From NCBI GenBank assembly GCA_031261985.1, contig JAISIR010000007.1, forward strand, positions 786 to 64,785: 64,000 nt of DNA, read 5' to 3'. A program made the translations under genes and the position numbers. Numbering within the stretch: the stretch's first letter is position 1; each line of letters starts with the position of its first letter. Below are positions 1 to 12,135 of this stretch, piece after piece. The notes under the pieces were generated by a model. It had not been told where the DNA came from. It searched no databases and was given only the letters and a program-made list of their open reading frames with translations. The DNA comes from Clostridiales bacterium. GTDB lineage: Bacteria > Bacillota > Clostridia > Monoglobales > WRBX01.

Positions 1-268
1 TGTAATAGTTGTTTCGGTTAAAAAAGCGATACCGAATGGCGGCGTTAAAAAGGGTGATGTTGTTAAAGGCGTGGTAGTAAGAACCGCTAAGACGACTCAA
101 CGTATTGATGGGACCGCTATTAGGTTTGACGAGAATGCTGTTGTACTTATTCGTGATGATGGTACTCCGCGTGGGACACGTATTTTTGGCCCAGTTGCTA
201 GGGAGTTGCGAGATGCTGATAGCAATAAGTATTCTAGGATATTATCCTTAGCGCCAGAAGTATTATAA
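1..268 (+). CDS. rplN: 50S ribosomal protein L14 (5' partial)
   Basis: Frame from position 2 reads VIVVSVKKA...[11 protein letters not shown]...[13 protein letters not shown]...SLAPEVL; precedes rplX. Confidence 0.97.
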   Translation, partial: VIVVSVKKAIPNGGVKKGDVVKGVVVRTAKTTQRIDGTAIRFDENAVVLIRDDGTPRGTRIFGPVARELRDADSNKYSRILSLAPEVL

Positions 269-367
269 AGTGGTAGCGGAGGAATAACGTCGTAAATCTA
301 AGGCAATTAGCATTGCGACAAATTGCGTTAATTGTTACCGAGTGTGACGTTGGAGGTTAGATAAAAA

Positions 368-685
368 ATGGCTAAAATGAATATCAAAACTGGGGATAAA
401 GTTTGCATTATTGCTGGGAAAGACAAGAATAAGACCGGTAAAGTGCTTGCGTGTGACCCTAAGAGTAATAAGATAAAAGTAGAAGGCGTTAATGTTGTAC
501 ATCGGCATACTAAGCCGCGTGCAGTGGGGCAAGCCGGGGGGATAATCTCGAACGAGCAGCCGTTTAATGCGTGCAAGGCGATTGTGGTGTGTCCTAAGTG
601 TGGGGCGAAGACGCGTGTGGCGAGGCGTAGGATAGCTGATGGCACAGGCGTAAGGCTTTGCAAGAAGTGTGGCGAAGAGCTATAA
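368..685 (+). CDS. rplX: 50S ribosomal protein L24
   Basis: KOW motif IKTGDKVCIIAGKDKNKTGKV, VEGVNVV; GGAGG RBS; operon position. Confidence 0.96.
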   Translation: MAKMNIKTGDKVCIIAGKDKNKTGKVLACDPKSNKIKVEGVNVVHRHTKPRAVGQAGGIISNEQPFNACKAIVVCPKCGAKTRVARRRIADGTGVRLCKKCGEEL

Positions 686-916
686 ACTCTGCCGTTTGAT
701 ACCTGGATTGGCTTGACGATAATCTAGTGACATGTTGTGCTAGTGTTGATTCACTTTAGAGTTGAGTTGGCGGGTTGTGTTCTATGTTGTGCTTTTGTCC
801 GCGTTGTGTTATTGAAATAACACACGATATATTTTGACATAAATTATTGAGTATAAAACAAGACAGAATATTTTAACGAGGCAGAATGTTTTTGTAGAAA
901 GTGAGTGTAAGGTAAA

Positions 917-1480
917 ATGGCTACAGATACTAAAAAACCTAATCTAAAGCGATTGTATATATCTACTGTTGCGCCTAGTTTAATGAAGAAGTTCAATTAT
1001 AAAAGCGTGATGGAGATTCCTAAGCTAGACAAAGTTGTTATAAATGTCGGCGTTGGCGAGGCTAAGGAAAATTCTAAGGCAGTGGATAATGCTGCGGGGG
1101 ATTTAATGCTTATAACAGGGCAGAAGCCGGTTATTACTAAGGCTAAGAAGTCTGTTGCTGCATTTAAACTACGTGAGGGAATGCCAATTGGCTGTAAGGT
1201 TACTTTAAGGGGCGACCGTATGTATGAGTTCCTTGACAGGCTGTTTAATCTTGCGTTGCCACGTGTGCGCGACTTTCATGGGATTAACCCTAACTCGTTT
1301 GATGGGCATGGGAACTATTGCTTTGGGATTCGTGAGCAGTTGATATTCCCTGAGATTGATTATGATAAAGTAGATAAAATTAGAGGTATGGATATTATAA
1401 TCACAACAACAGCGAAGGTGGACGAGCAAGCGAAAGAGTTGTTAGCGCAACTTGGGGCACCTTTTTATAAAACGGCGTAG
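917..1480 (+). CDS. rplE: 50S ribosomal protein L5
   Basis: [37 protein letters not shown]. Confidence 0.98.
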   Translation: MATDTKKPNLKRLYISTVAPSLMKKFNYKSVMEIPKLDKVVINVGVGEAKENSKAVDNAAGDLMLITGQKPVITKAKKSVAAFKLREGMPIGCKVTLRGDRMYEFLDRLFNLALPRVRDFHGINPNSFDGHGNYCFGIREQLIFPEIDYDKVDKIRGMDIIITTTAKVDEQAKELLAQLGAPFYKTA

Positions 1481-1497
1481 GGGGTAGAGGATAAAAT

Positions 1498-1689
1498 ATG
1501 GCTAAGAAATCTATGATAGCGAAACAAAAAAAGCAAGCTAATTCTAAGTTTAGTACTAGGACATATAATCGATGCAAAATTTGTGGACGCCCGCATGGGT
1601 ATTTACGTAAATTTGGTATTTGCAGGATTTGTTTTAGGAAGCTTGCATACGCTGGGACGATTCCTGGAGTGCGTAAGGCTAGCTGGTAA
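1498..1689 (+). CDS. rpsN: 30S ribosomal protein S14 (Zn-binding type Z)
   Basis: [10 protein letters not shown]...CRICFR...PGVRKASW. Confidence 0.97.
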   Translation: MAKKSMIAKQKKQANSKFSTRTYNRCKICGRPHGYLRKFGICRICFRKLAYAGTIPGVRKASW

Positions 1690-1944
1690 AAAAGGGTTAG
1701 TGCAAAGGTAAGTGCTTTAGTGCAAAGGTGCCTATATCGACAAGATTTAGTGCATGAGTATTTGTGTTAAACATATTTTACTTGATAGTTTAAGTTTTAA
1801 ATAGTAGTTTTAAAAAATAGAAATTTCTAAACAAAACGTATGTGGTTAAGGCGCAAATGCTTAGATTTATTTAGCGGGTGTCAAAAAAATGTCCATTATG
1901 TTTTGAAGCGAATATAAACGCGGCGATAGCGGAGGTTAAAGATT

Positions 1945-2343
1945 ATGCAAATTACAGACCCAATTGCAGACTTGCTTACAAGAATAAGAAATGCAAGTAA
2001 TGCTAATCATCCAACAGTAGAGGTTCCTGCTTCTAACATGAAGATATCCATCGTTAAGATTTTACTTGATGAAGGTTATATATTGAAGTATGAAGTAATT
2101 AAGGATTCTATGCAGGGTGTTATTAAAATTTGGCTAAAATATAGCGATAATAAAAAACAAGTTATTAAAGGCATCAAGAGAATTTCTAAGCCAGGGTTGC
2201 GTGTGTATGTTCCTAAAGAGGAATTGCCACGTGTGCTAAAGGGTTTGGGTGTTGCTATTGTGTCTACATCTAAAGGGATAATGACTGATAAAAAAGCAAG
2301 GCGAGAGAATGTTGGCGGCGAAGTTTTAGCTTTTGTTTGGTAA
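1945..2343 (+). CDS. rpsH: 30S ribosomal protein S8
   Basis: [42 protein letters not shown]. Confidence 0.98.
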   Translation: MQITDPIADLLTRIRNASNANHPTVEVPASNMKISIVKILLDEGYILKYEVIKDSMQGVIKIWLKYSDNKKQVIKGIKRISKPGLRVYVPKEELPRVLKGLGVAIVSTSKGIMTDKKARRENVGGEVLAFVW

Positions 2344-2475
2344 GATTAAGCTAAGCTGCATTGTACTAACAATCTTGACTGTTGGCGTATGACTAAGCAT
2401 TGCATGAGATAAGTGATGTTAGCTTTTTATGAAACGGTTTAAGATAAAAGTTTTATGTGAAAAAGGTGAATTTAC

Positions 2476-3021
2476 ATGTCAAGAATTGGAAGACAACCTA
2501 TTAATATACCTAACGGTGTTGAGGTTAATATAGACGCGGCGAATGTTGCAACGGTAAAGGGGCCTAAGGGTACTTTAACTCAGCAATTGCCTAAGATGAT
2601 TATTGTGACAATTGATAATAGTGTGATAACGGTTACACGTCCAGATGAGACTAAGGTTTCTAGGTCTATGCACGGGTTAACACGCACGCTATTGATGAAT
2701 ATGATTATTGGTGTTACAGAGGGCTGCAGCAAAACGCTAGAGATTAATGGTGTTGGTTATCGTGCAGAGAAGCAGGGAAAGACTTTAAAGCTTACTGTTG
2801 GTAAATCGCATCCTGTTACTTATGAAGATACAGAAGATATTAAGATAGAGGTACCGAACCCTAATACTATTATTGTAATTGGTATTGATAAGCAGCGCGT
2901 AGGTGCTGTGGCGGCGAATATCCGTGGTGAGCGCAAGGCGGAACCGTATAAGGGTAAAGGTATTAAGTATCTAGGTGAAGTTATTAAGCGTAAAGAGGGT
3001 AAAGCTGGCGGTAAGAAGTAG
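2476..3021 (+). CDS. rplF: 50S ribosomal protein L6
   Basis: [25 protein letters not shown]. Confidence 0.98.
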   Translation: MSRIGRQPINIPNGVEVNIDAANVATVKGPKGTLTQQLPKMIIVTIDNSVITVTRPDETKVSRSMHGLTRTLLMNMIIGVTEGCSKTLEINGVGYRAEKQGKTLKLTVGKSHPVTYEDTEDIKIEVPNPNTIIVIGIDKQRVGAVAANIRGERKAEPYKGKGIKYLGEVIKRKEGKAGGKK

Positions 3022-3105
3022 GCTAAACCGTCTATAGCTTAAGTGTTAGATGTGATTACTTAATTAGATAGATTTTACGACCGTTTTTTGGAGGGAAATG
3101 TTACA

Positions 3106-3465
3106 ATGAACAAGAAAAACAAGAATTTTGCTAGACAGCGCAGGCAAATGCGAGTGCGTGGGAAGGTTGCAGGCACAGCGGAGCGTCCTAGGTTGAATGT
3201 TTTTCGTAGCTTAAAAAACATTTATGCGCAGTTGATAGATGATGATAAAGGTGTTACTTTGGCTTCGGCGTCTACTAAAGACAAAGGGTTTGCGGCGCCG
3301 ATTAAGGGTAATAAGGCGGCGGCTAGAGAAGTTGGTAAAGCTTTGGCAGAGCGCGCTACTAAGATTGGGATTACCGAAGTGGTATTTGACCGTGCAGGAT
3401 ATATATATCATGGGCGTGTTGCCGAGCTAGCAGAGGGTGCGCGCGAGGGCGGTTTGCAATTTTAA
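3106..3465 (+). CDS. rplR: 50S ribosomal protein L18
   Basis: [34 protein letters not shown]; ATG at 3106 follows GGAGG RBS. Confidence 0.97.
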   Translation: MNKKNKNFARQRRQMRVRGKVAGTAERPRLNVFRSLKNIYAQLIDDDKGVTLASASTKDKGFAAPIKGNKAAAREVGKALAERATKIGITEVVFDRAGYIYHGRVAELAEGAREGGLQF

Positions 3466-3688
3466 GACGTCGTGTTGTTATGGAGGTTTTAAGCTCTGTG
3501 GACTCTGGCGTTAAATGTAGTTTAAGGTTCTGTGGCGTTTGTGTATCTCCTTAGCGAGGACGTTGGTGCATAATGGCATTGAGGCTAGTGCATTTATTTT
3601 AAACAAAGAAATATTACTAGATTTTGATTACAAATTAATATATTGGTAGTTATACAAAATTATCGATTAGATACGTGAGGTTAGAATT

Positions 3689-4207
3689 ATGGCAAAACCT
3701 ATGAAGCAAAGACATGAAAAACAAGATGACATGCTAGAGCGTGTTGTAAAAATAAATCGTGTTGCTAAAGTTGTTAAGGGTGGTAGAACCTTTAGGTTTA
3801 GCGTTTTAGTTGTTGTTGGCGATGGTAAGGGGAAAGTAGGCTATGGTGTTGGTAAAGCAGCCGAGATTCCTGATGCTGTGCGTAAGGCAATAGAGGCGGC
3901 TAAGAAGAACATGATTACCGTGCCGCTTAAAGGGTCTAGTGTTCCGCACGAGGTTATTGGTATTTTTGGTGCAGGGCGTGTGCTTATTAAGCCGGCTAAA
4001 GAAGGTACCGGTGTTATTGCTGGTGGTCCGGCGCGTGCGGTTATGGAACTAGCTGGGATAAAGGACATTCGTACTAAGTCTTTGAGGTCTAATAATCCGC
4101 ATAATGTAGTTGCTGCATGTATTGAAGGGTTGAAAGAGCTTAGAAGCGCAGAAGATGTGGCAGCGATTCGTGGGATTACAGTTGACAAGGTATATGCTGG
4201 GGCGTAA
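3689..4207 (+). CDS. rpsE: 30S ribosomal protein S5
   Basis: [35 protein letters not shown]. Confidence 0.98.
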   Translation: MAKPMKQRHEKQDDMLERVVKINRVAKVVKGGRTFRFSVLVVVGDGKGKVGYGVGKAAEIPDAVRKAIEAAKKNMITVPLKGSSVPHEVIGIFGAGRVLIKPAKEGTGVIAGGPARAVMELAGIKDIRTKSLRSNNPHNVVAACIEGLKELRSAEDVAAIRGITVDKVYAGA

Positions 4208-4435
4208 ACGTGTTTAGTGTTATAAGCTCTAAGGGCATTCGCTTTGTTTATGATTATTTGCACGAGAGTGAGATAATGGTGCTTGTGTAAGAGCAACAAT
4301 TAGTATTTGATATTATCAGCAAGATAAATTTTTTCTACGAAAGCAAGATAGTAGTTTTTGTGTGAAACAAAGAATTAGTGTTTGAGATTAAATGCAAGCA
4401 AGATATTGTAGGTTAAAGTTAGGAAGGTATAAAAA

Positions 4436-4615
4436 ATGGCTAAAGTGACTATAACGTTAAAGCGTAGCTTAATAGGTAGGAAGAAGAATCATATTGCTAC
4501 CGCGCATGCTTTAGGTTTAACAAAGATAGGGAATAGCAATACCTTAAATGATAACGATGCTATTCGTGGTATGATAAATACAATTTCGTATTTAGTTGAT
4601 GTAAAGGAGGCGTAA
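4436..4615 (+). CDS. rpmD: 50S ribosomal protein L30 (absent from ORF track)
   Basis: Hand translation [59 protein letters not shown]; between rpsE and rplO. Confidence 0.95.
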   Translation: MAKVTITLKRSLIGRKKNHIATAHALGLTKIGNSNTLNDNDAIRGMINTISYLVDVKEA

Positions 4616-4619
4616 TTAA

Positions 4620-5156
4620 ATGAATTTATCTAGTATTGTTGCGCCGATAGGGCGTACTAAGTTGCGTAAACGTAACCGCGGGACTAAAACTTGCTTCCGT
4701 GGGCAAAAGGGGCAGTGGTCGCGAAGCGGTGGTGGAGTTAGGCCGGGCTTTGAGGGCGGTCAGATGCCTATTTACAGACGTTTGCCTAAGGTTGGGTTTA
4801 CAAACATTTTTGCTAAGACTTATTGTTCTGTTAATATTGAGAGGTTAAGTATATTTGACGGTTCAGAAGTTATTACAGCAGAGTTATTAAAGCAAAAAGG
4901 TATTATATCTAAAATTAATGATGGTATTGTAATTTTAGGGCGTGGCGAGGTTACATCTGCATTAACAGTTGAAGCTGCTAGATTTACTAAAACAGCTAAA
5001 GAGAAAATTGAGAAGGCTGGCGGTAAGGCTGTAGTTAAGGCTAAGGCAAAGTATTCTAAAGAAGCGGCAAAGGCTGCTAAAGATGCGAAGACTGATAAAA
5101 AGGTGACTGACAAGCCTGCTAAGAAAGCGGCTAAAACTACAAAGGCAAGTGAGTAG
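4620..5156 (+). CDS. rplO: 50S ribosomal protein L15 with Lys/Ala-rich C-terminal extension
   Basis: GFEGGQMPIYRRLPKVGF, ILGRGEV, AKEKIEKAGG. Confidence 0.96.
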   Translation: MNLSSIVAPIGRTKLRKRNRGTKTCFRGQKGQWSRSGGGVRPGFEGGQMPIYRRLPKVGFTNIFAKTYCSVNIERLSIFDGSEVITAELLKQKGIISKINDGIVILGRGEVTSALTVEAARFTKTAKEKIEKAGGKAVVKAKAKYSKEAAKAAKDAKTDKKVTDKPAKKAAKTTKASE

Positions 5157-5374
5157 TTTGATAACTGTTATAAAAGAGAAATGAAGATATTACTCTAAAA
5201 AATTCTACCCTGTAATTGCGTTTAAGTGGGTGCAAATACATGTAAGGGGTAGGATTTTGTGAGTTATAGTTGCAAATTTAGTTAGAGTAAGCAAGACAAG
5301 CTTGCTGATTATTGTATTAAAGTGTATATCGATTTCTAATTTTGTTGTTACTTAAATGAGGAGGTTTGTCCCTG

Positions 5375-6649
5375 ATGTTTGAGACTATCAAAGAAGCATG
5401 GGCATTGCCAGATTTACGCAGGAAAATATTTTATACCATTATGCTAATTATAATATTCCGCATAGGTTCGTTTATTCCCGTTCCGTTTATGGACGCGGCG
5501 GCTATGCAACAATTGATTAATTCGGCAGGAGATGCCTCTATTATTGGGCTGTTGAACATGTTCTCGGGCGGTGCGTTTGCTAATGCGACCATATTTGCCA
5601 TGAGTATTACGCCATATATTAACTCTTCTATTATAATGCAATTGTTGACGATTGCTATCCCAGCGTTAGAGCGTATGCAGCGTGAGGGCGAAGATGGTAG
5701 GAAAAAGATTAATCAGTGGACTAGATATTTAACTATTGTATTGGCGTTTATCCAAGCGGCTGGATTATATGTAGCTTTGCAAGAGGTAACAGAGCGTGGA
5801 TTAATTCCATTTTTAGTAATGACTATTACGTTTACAACAGGAACCGCATTCTTAATGTGGCTAGGCGAGCAGATTAATGAAAAAGGTATTGGTAATGGGA
5901 TTTCGTTAATTATATTCGCTGGTATTGTAAGTCGCGCGCCGACGGTTATAACAACTCTTCAACAGAGCTATGTAAATGGGTCTATTAATGTGTTGGGTTT
6001 GTTAGGGATTGTGCTTTTAGCTTTGATAACTGTAGTGGCGGTTGTTATAATGAACGATAGCGAGCGCAGGCTTCAGGTGCAATATGCTAAACGTATTGTA
6101 GGGCGCAAAATGTATGGTGGACAAAGCACGCATATACCTATTAAGCTATTAGCGGCGGGTGTTATACCTATTATATTTGCGCTAAGTATTATGGCGTTCC
6201 CGTCTACTATTGCGGCGTTCTTTGGTGTAACTTCTACCTCGGGTGGGGTAATGGGTACAATTCTATCGTGGATTTCACCTGATTCGTGGATATATGCTAT
6301 AGTAACGTTCTTATTGATAATTTTCTTCACGTATTTTTACACATTTATTCAGTTCAACCCAGTAGAGGTTGCTAATAATATGAAGCGTTCGGGTGGGTTT
6401 TTGCCAGGGCTGCGTCCGGGCAAGCCAACGGCTGAGTATATTGCTAAGGTAGTGTCGCGTGTTACATTTGCAGGCGCGGTGTTCTTAGGTATCTTGGCGA
6501 TAATGCCTAACATGCTTAATATCTTTACAAGTGTTAATGTAGGTATAGGCGGTGCATCGGTGCTAATTGTGGTTGGTGTTGCGCTAGAGACTACTAAGCA
6601 GTTAGAGAGTAATATGGTAGTTAGGAATTATAAAGGGTTTTTAGAGTAA
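5375..6649 (+). CDS. secY: Preprotein translocase SecY
   Basis: SITPYINSSIIMQLL, WLGEQINEKGIGNGISLIIFAGIV, PGLRPGKPT; ATG after GAGGAGG. Confidence 0.98.
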   Translation: MFETIKEAWALPDLRRKIFYTIMLIIIFRIGSFIPVPFMDAAAMQQLINSAGDASIIGLLNMFSGGAFANATIFAMSITPYINSSIIMQLLTIAIPALERMQREGEDGRKKINQWTRYLTIVLAFIQAAGLYVALQEVTERGLIPFLVMTITFTTGTAFLMWLGEQINEKGIGNGISLIIFAGIVSRAPTVITTLQQSYVNGSINVLGLLGIVLLALITVVAVVIMNDSERRLQVQYAKRIVGRKMYGGQSTHIPIKLLAAGVIPIIFALSIMAFPSTIAAFFGVTSTSGGVMGTILSWISPDSWIYAIVTFLLIIFFTYFYTFIQFNPVEVANNMKRSGGFLPGLRPGKPTAEYIAKVVSRVTFAGAVFLGILAIMPNMLNIFTSVNVGIGGASVLIVVGVALETTKQLESNMVVRNYKGFLE

Positions 6650-6727
6650 AGTGTGCATGATGTGTGAGCGGTTTTAGCGTTAAGAGGATAATTTATAAAC
6701 GAAACGAAATTGAGGAGTAAATAATAA

Positions 6728-7360
6728 ATGAAGATAATTTTAACAGGTGCGCCGGGTAGTGGTAAGGGTAGTCAAACACCGAATCTTGAGAAATGGTTTG
6801 GGATTTCTACTATATCTACAGGGAATATGTTACGCGCGCAAGTAGCCGAGGGCACGCCGCTTGGTGTTCAGGCGAAAGAGATTATGGCGCGTGGCGGGCT
6901 GGTAAGTGATGATATAGTTATTGGCATGCTGGCTGATTCTATTGCTGAAGATAGATACAAAGCTGGGTTTATTTTAGACGGAGTGCCAAGGACGTTAGGG
7001 CAAGCGAAGATGATGACTGAAAAAGGCGTTGCAATTGATAAAGTTATCGTGTTTGATGTGCCAGATGAAGTTATCCAAAAGCGCATGAGCGGAAGACGCG
7101 TGTGTGAAGTTGATGGGTCGACGTATCATGTTGTGACTAATCCGCCACAAAATGGTAATAAGTGTGATAAATGTGGGGCGGAGCTAATTGTTCGCGAAGA
7201 TGACAAGCCTGAGACGGTTATGGCTAGGCTTAAAACGTATCATGAGCAGACCGAGCCGATTATTGAGTATTACAAGGATAAAGCAGACGTGATTATTATA
7301 AATGGTGACCAGACGATTGATGAGGTTGCGGTTGAGCTGAAAGAGGCACTGGGTGCGTAG
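6728..7360 (+). CDS. adk: Adenylate kinase
   Basis: GAPGSGKGSQ P-loop, GFILDGVPRT, lid domain; follows secY. Confidence 0.97.
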   Translation: MKIILTGAPGSGKGSQTPNLEKWFGISTISTGNMLRAQVAEGTPLGVQAKEIMARGGLVSDDIVIGMLADSIAEDRYKAGFILDGVPRTLGQAKMMTEKGVAIDKVIVFDVPDEVIQKRMSGRRVCEVDGSTYHVVTNPPQNGNKCDKCGAELIVREDDKPETVMARLKTYHEQTEPIIEYYKDKADVIIINGDQTIDEVAVELKEALGA

Positions 7361-7401
7361 AACATCGCATGAGTGCTATTTAAAAAACGAAGGTGCCTTT
7401 A

Positions 7402-8154
7402 ATGGTAAGTATAAAGAATAAAAAAGAAATCGACTTAATGATTATTGCAGGTGGTATTGTTGCAGAAACGTTAGATGCGATACAAGCGGCGATTGAGCCA
7501 GGGATATCGACTAAAGAGTTGGATTCTATTGCTTTAAGAGTTATCAAGAAAAATGGCGCGACGCCTTCGTTCTATCAATATGGTGGCTTCCCGGGGAATG
7601 TTTGCTTATCGATTAATGATAGGGTAATACATGGGATACCTTCTAGGCATGAGATATTACGCGAGGGTGACATAATTAGCGTTGATGCTGGTGCGTGTTA
7701 CAAGGGGTATCATGGTGATGCAGCGAGGACGTTTGGCGTTGGCAAGATATCGGCAGAGGCGCAAAGGTTAATAGACACGACGCGCTTGAGTTTTTTTGAG
7801 GGGATTAAGCAGGCGGTTGAAGGCAACAGGATAAGCGATATATCTAAAGCGATATTTAAAGTAGCGGACGATGCAGGATATGGTGTTGTGCGTGATTATG
7901 TTGGGCATGGCGTGGGTAGTAAGTTACACGAAGAGCCAGAGGTGCCTAATTATGATAGCGGGAAGCCAGGGGTTAGGCTATATAGAGGCATGACGATTGC
8001 GGTGGAGCCTATGGTGAATCAGGGGACTGCTGGGGTAAAAGTGTTAGATGATGATTGGACGGTTGTGACTGCCGATGGAGGGTTATCGGCGCATTATGAG
8101 AACACGATTTTGATAACCGATGGCGAGCCGATGGTGTTGACGGAGAAAAGATAA
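7402..8154 (+). CDS. map: Methionine aminopeptidase type I
   Basis: IHGIP, GDIISVDAG, GYHGDAART, GHGVG..LHEEP, SAHYENTI. Confidence 0.97.
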   Translation: MVSIKNKKEIDLMIIAGGIVAETLDAIQAAIEPGISTKELDSIALRVIKKNGATPSFYQYGGFPGNVCLSINDRVIHGIPSRHEILREGDIISVDAGACYKGYHGDAARTFGVGKISAEAQRLIDTTRLSFFEGIKQAVEGNRISDISKAIFKVADDAGYGVVRDYVGHGVGSKLHEEPEVPNYDSGKPGVRLYRGMTIAVEPMVNQGTAGVKVLDDDWTVVTADGGLSAHYENTILITDGEPMVLTEKR

Positions 8155-8193
8155 TCCGGAATTATTGATGGATATAAATATAATGATGGAGCC

Positions 8194-8577
8194 GTGAGCG
8201 TGTTGCCAGAGGCTGGCGATATTGATTGGAGTGTAAAGATGCTTGATGATAAAATATCTTCTATAGTGAGTGCCGCAGATGATAGCAAAGGCGTTGAGCC
8301 TGCAGGCGATGGCGTTTCGTTTGGTGATATTGTATTGTCTAAAAACGGAAGGTTTGCGAATCATTATTTTGTTGTGTTAAAAGTAGAGGATAATTTTGTT
8401 TATATAGCAAATGGCAAAACGCGCAAGGTTGATAGCCCTAAAAAGAAGAAGATTAAACATATACAAGTTATAGGGAAATCCGAGCATATTACATCGAAAA
8501 TGGCTAATGGCGAGAAGATAACCAATGCAGAAGTAAGACGGAGTTTGGCTAAGGCAAAAGGTGAAACTGACGAGTAA
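8194..8577 (+). CDS. KOW-domain RNA-binding protein (L14e-like) of the map-infA interval; start uncertain
   Basis: GDIVLSKNGR...YIANGKTRKVDSPKKKKIKHI; usual Firmicute position between map and infA. Confidence 0.8.
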   Translation: MSVLPEAGDIDWSVKMLDDKISSIVSAADDSKGVEPAGDGVSFGDIVLSKNGRFANHYFVVLKVEDNFVYIANGKTRKVDSPKKKKIKHIQVIGKSEHITSKMANGEKITNAEVRRSLAKAKGETDE

Positions 8578-8676
8578 CTATTTATTGCGGGTTATGCGAT
8601 TGGTGATAATTGAGAATGTGTTTATAGCACTTAATATTTAAAATTCGATTTTTTATGATAAAATGCCAAAAAAGAC

Positions 8677-8705
8677 TTGACAAAAGTCAAAAAGTATGAT
8701 ACAAT
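8677..8705 (+). promoter_or_regulatory. sigma-A promoter upstream of infA
   Basis: TTGACA-17bp-TACAAT with extended TG. Confidence 0.7.
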
Positions 8706-8793
8706 TCATAATCTAGGGGTTAATGTTTTTATGCTTAAAAAGCGTTGCTTACTTTAACCTTGTGTTACTTATCTTCGTTTGGAGTGGTAATTT

Positions 8794-9027
8794 ATGCCAA
8801 AAGGCGATGCGATTGAAGTCGAGGGTAAAGTTATAGATGCTTTGCCTAATGCTACTTTTCGTGTAGAACTTAAAAACGGTCATGTAATTTTGGCGCATAT
8901 TTCTGGTAAGTTACGTAGTAATTTCATCAGGATTTTACAGGGTGACCCTGTGACGGTAGAGATGTCGCCTTACGATTTAACTAAGGGGCGCATTACGTGG
9001 CGTGGTGCTAAGAAGAAAAAAGATTAA
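8794..9027 (+). CDS. infA: Translation initiation factor IF-1
   Basis: [45 protein letters not shown]. Confidence 0.98.
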   Translation: MPKGDAIEVEGKVIDALPNATFRVELKNGHVILAHISGKLRSNFIRILQGDPVTVEMSPYDLTKGRITWRGAKKKKD

Positions 9028-9106
9028 CTTGTAAACGCATTGGTGTTTAGAACAGCATATATATTATGACATACAGAATTTTAGTTGTAAAAAAGGAAGA
9101 TTTAAA

Positions 9107-9220
9107 ATGAAAGTTCGTCCATCTGTTAAAAAAATTTGCGATAAATGCAAAGTAATAAAGCGTCATGGCAAGGTTATGGTTATCTGCGAGAACCCTAAAC
9201 ATAAGCAGAAGCAGGGGTAA
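9107..9220 (+). CDS. rpmJ: 50S ribosomal protein L36 (absent from ORF track)
   Basis: Hand translation [37 protein letters not shown]. Confidence 0.97.
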   Translation: MKVRPSVKKICDKCKVIKRHGKVMVICENPKHKQKQG

Positions 9221-9274
9221 TTGCGTTTGTTTTAGATAGGTTTTAGTAGTATCGATTTTTAGGAGGAATTATAA

Positions 9275-9643
9275 ATGGCACGTATTGCCGGGAGAGATTT
9301 ACCCAAAGAAAAACGCGTTGCGTATGGTCTAGCAGCATCAATATATGGGATAGGGATTCCTACAGCGTTAAAGGTTGTAGATGATTGTGGGATAGACCAA
9401 GCGACTAGGTGTAAAGATTTAACGCCAGATGAAGAGGCTAAGCTACGCACCGAGATTGCTAAGTATAATGTAGAAGGCGATTTAAAACGTGAAGTTAACT
9501 TAAACATTAAGCGTTTGATAGAAATCGGTACTTATCGTGGGATTCGTCATAGACGTGGGCTTCCTGTTCGTGGGCAAAGGACAAAGACTAATGCTCGTAC
9601 ACGCAAAGGGCCTAGGCGTACCGTGGCTAATAAAAAGAAGTAA
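9275..9643 (+). CDS. rpsM: 30S ribosomal protein S13
   Basis: [32 protein letters not shown]. Confidence 0.98.
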   Translation: MARIAGRDLPKEKRVAYGLAASIYGIGIPTALKVVDDCGIDQATRCKDLTPDEEAKLRTEIAKYNVEGDLKREVNLNIKRLIEIGTYRGIRHRRGLPVRGQRTKTNARTRKGPRRTVANKKK

Positions 9644-9794
9644 AATAGTGTAGGTGTGTACTTTTGCATGGAGGATTGCAAGAGTGCGATAGACTGTTTT
9701 GTAATATAAAATTATTTGTTTTAGGTTAATCGACTAATAACGTTAATCGAGTGGCTTAAAAATTGAAACATTTAGAGAGTGAGTGTAGTATCTA

Positions 9795-10193
9795 ATGGCA
9801 ACAACTACTAAAAAAACCACAAGGAAAAAGCGCGTAAATAAGCAGGTCTCTAAAGGGCAAGTGCATATTTATAGTACTTTTAATAATACACATGTAACAA
9901 TTACCGACGAAAAAGGAAACACTCTTAGCTGGGCAACAGCAGGGGAGGAGTTTACAGGTTCGCGTAAGAGTACACCTTTTGCAGCTCAAAAAGCTACAGA
10001 TAAAGCCATCGCTTCGGCGTTGGGGGTGTCTAAAGGGTTTAACGAGGTTGAGGTTTTTGTTAAAGGACCAGGGCCAGGGCGCGAAGCGGCTATCCGTGCA
10101 ATCCAAGCAGCAGGCTTAACGGTTACGCTTATTAAAGACGTAACACCTATACCTCATAATGGTTGCCGTCCACCTAAACGTAGGCGTGTGTGA
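9795..10193 (+). CDS. rpsK: 30S ribosomal protein S11
   Basis: [43 protein letters not shown]. Confidence 0.98.
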   Translation: MATTTKKTTRKKRVNKQVSKGQVHIYSTFNNTHVTITDEKGNTLSWATAGEEFTGSRKSTPFAAQKATDKAIASALGVSKGFNEVEVFVKGPGPGREAAIRAIQAAGLTVTLIKDVTPIPHNGCRPPKRRRV

Positions 10194-10343
10194 TGTGTTT
10201 TTAATTTAGTAAGTGTGCTATAAAATATAGATTTTATTTGTGCGAAGTAGGGTATGGCAAGCTACATATCAAAAGGATATAGAGAGGGCTATCCCCAAAA
10301 AGAGGAAGATTAATCCTAAATTTTGTAATCGGGAGAGAAAGAA

Positions 10344-10973
10344 ATGGCTAGATATAGAGGACCAAGTTGCCGTCGTTGTAGGCGAGAAGGGCAAAAATTG
10401 TTTTTAAAAGGAGAGCGTTGTTATACCGAAAAATGCCCTCTTATAAAACGTGCTTATGCTCCGGGTCAACATGGTCAGGGTAGGCGCAAGCTATCGGAAT
10501 ATGGCATGCAGTTGCGTGAAAAGCAAAAGGCTAAGCGTTATTATGGTATTTTAGAGAGCCAATTTGCTAAGTATTTTGAGATGGCTAATAAAAAGAAAAC
10601 CGGTATCACCGGTGAGAACTTATTACAGATACTAGAGACTCGTCTTGATAACGTTGTATATCGTTTAGGGTTTGCTACATCCCGCGCAGAGGCACGTCAA
10701 ATGGTATTGCACCGTCATTTTACACTTAATGGCAAGGTGGCAAATATTCCATCTATTATTGTAAAAGTTGGCGATACTATTGCGTTGCGTGAGAAGAGCC
10801 TTGCTAGTGAGCGTGTTAAACGTGTATTAGAGATTACCGAGTCACGTGCTATACCTACATGGCTTGATACCGATAAAAATGCACATTCTGGTTCGGTTGT
10901 TAGGTTGCCAGAGCGTACCGATGTTGATATTGATATTAAAGAACATTTAATCGTTGAGTTGTATTCTAAATAA
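10344..10973 (+). CDS. rpsD: 30S ribosomal protein S4
   Basis: [39 protein letters not shown]. Confidence 0.98.
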   Translation: MARYRGPSCRRCRREGQKLFLKGERCYTEKCPLIKRAYAPGQHGQGRRKLSEYGMQLREKQKAKRYYGILESQFAKYFEMANKKKTGITGENLLQILETRLDNVVYRLGFATSRAEARQMVLHRHFTLNGKVANIPSIIVKVGDTIALREKSLASERVKRVLEITESRAIPTWLDTDKNAHSGSVVRLPERTDVDIDIKEHLIVELYSK

Positions 10974-11160
10974 TAGCTGAGTTGGCTGTTAATTAGTTGG
11001 CTGATTAGTTGATTGGTGATTGATTGATTAATTGATTAATAAAATCAGGCAATGAACTGTAATTGTTGCATGTTTATAGATAGACAAAACGACGGATTTT
11101 TTGTGAATTTATCGATATATGTTATTATAAAAAATTATATTAGCTATATCCAAGGAATAG

Positions 11161-12135
11161 GTGAAGCGAATAGTGAGTGTATTAAACATAGAGCGTCCAA
11201 AAGTTGAAATAACCGAGATTAATGAGAGCAAGACGTATGGGCAATTTGTAGTCGAGCCGTTAGAACGCGGATTTGGGACTACGATTGGTAATGCTTTGCG
11301 TCGAGTTTTATTATCATCTATACCCGGTGTGGCGGCTAGTTACATAAAGATAGATGGCGTGCTGCACGAGTTTTCTACTGTTCCAGGTGTTAAGGAAGAC
11401 GTAACTGATATTGTCCTTAATATTAAGAACTTGGCGTTAAAAATTGTCGGTGCAGAAACTAGCAAGACTATTTATATCGACGCCGAGGGCGAAGGTGAAG
11501 TTTGCGCGCGTGATATTAAGGCAGATGCTGATGTAGAAATTATCAACCCAGACATGCACATTGCAACGCTTAATAAAGATGCAAGGTTATATATAGAAAT
11601 TGGTGTAAATCAAGGCAGAGGGTATGTGGCTGCTGATAAAAACAAAGAGGAATTGCAGCCAGAGATTGGGATTATTCCTATCGATTCTATATATTCGCCG
11701 ATTCGTAAGGTTAATTATTACACCGAAGATACTCGTGTAGGTCAAGTGACGGATTATGACAAACTTGTGCTTCAGGTATGGACGGATGGGACTATCGCAC
11801 CAGATGAGGCGTTGAGTATTGCGGCAGGGATTTTGCATCAGCATATAGAGTTGTTTACATCTTTAGTAGAGATGCCATTGCCAATTACGCCAGAAATTGC
11901 GCCTATAGACCAAGACAATCCTGATAAAGAGATTTTAGAAATGGTAATAGAAGAGATGGATTTATCTGTTCGTTCGTATAATTGTTTGAAACGTGCGGGG
12001 ATAAATACCGTTGGCGATTTAACTACTAAAACAGAAGATGACATGATGAAGGTTCGTAATTTGGGTAGAAAGTCGTTAGAAGAAGTTATATATAAATTGC
12101 ATCAGATGGGGTTGGATTTACAACCGATAGAGTAA
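11161..12135 (+). CDS. rpoA: DNA-directed RNA polymerase alpha subunit
   Basis: [45 protein letters not shown]. Confidence 0.98.
   Translation: MKRIVSVLNIERPKVEITEINESKTYGQFVVEPLERGFGTTIGNALRRVLLSSIPGVAASYIKIDGVLHEFSTVPGVKEDVTDIVLNIKNLALKIVGAETSKTIYIDAEGEGEVCARDIKADADVEIINPDMHIATLNKDARLYIEIGVNQGRGYVAADKNKEELQPEIGIIPIDSIYSPIRKVNYYTEDTRVGQVTDYDKLVLQVWTDGTIAPDEALSIAAGILHQHIELFTSLVEMPLPITPEIAPIDQDNPDKEILEMVIEEMDLSVRSYNCLKRAGINTVGDLTTKTEDDMMKVRNLGRKSLEEVIYKLHQMGLDLQPIE

Noticed and set aside
10975-11040. Possible CRISPR or ncRNA in the GATT-type repeats (also heptamer arrays elsewhere)
   Set aside because: Units are 4-8 bp and degenerate, with no constant repeat/unique spacer pattern and no cas genes
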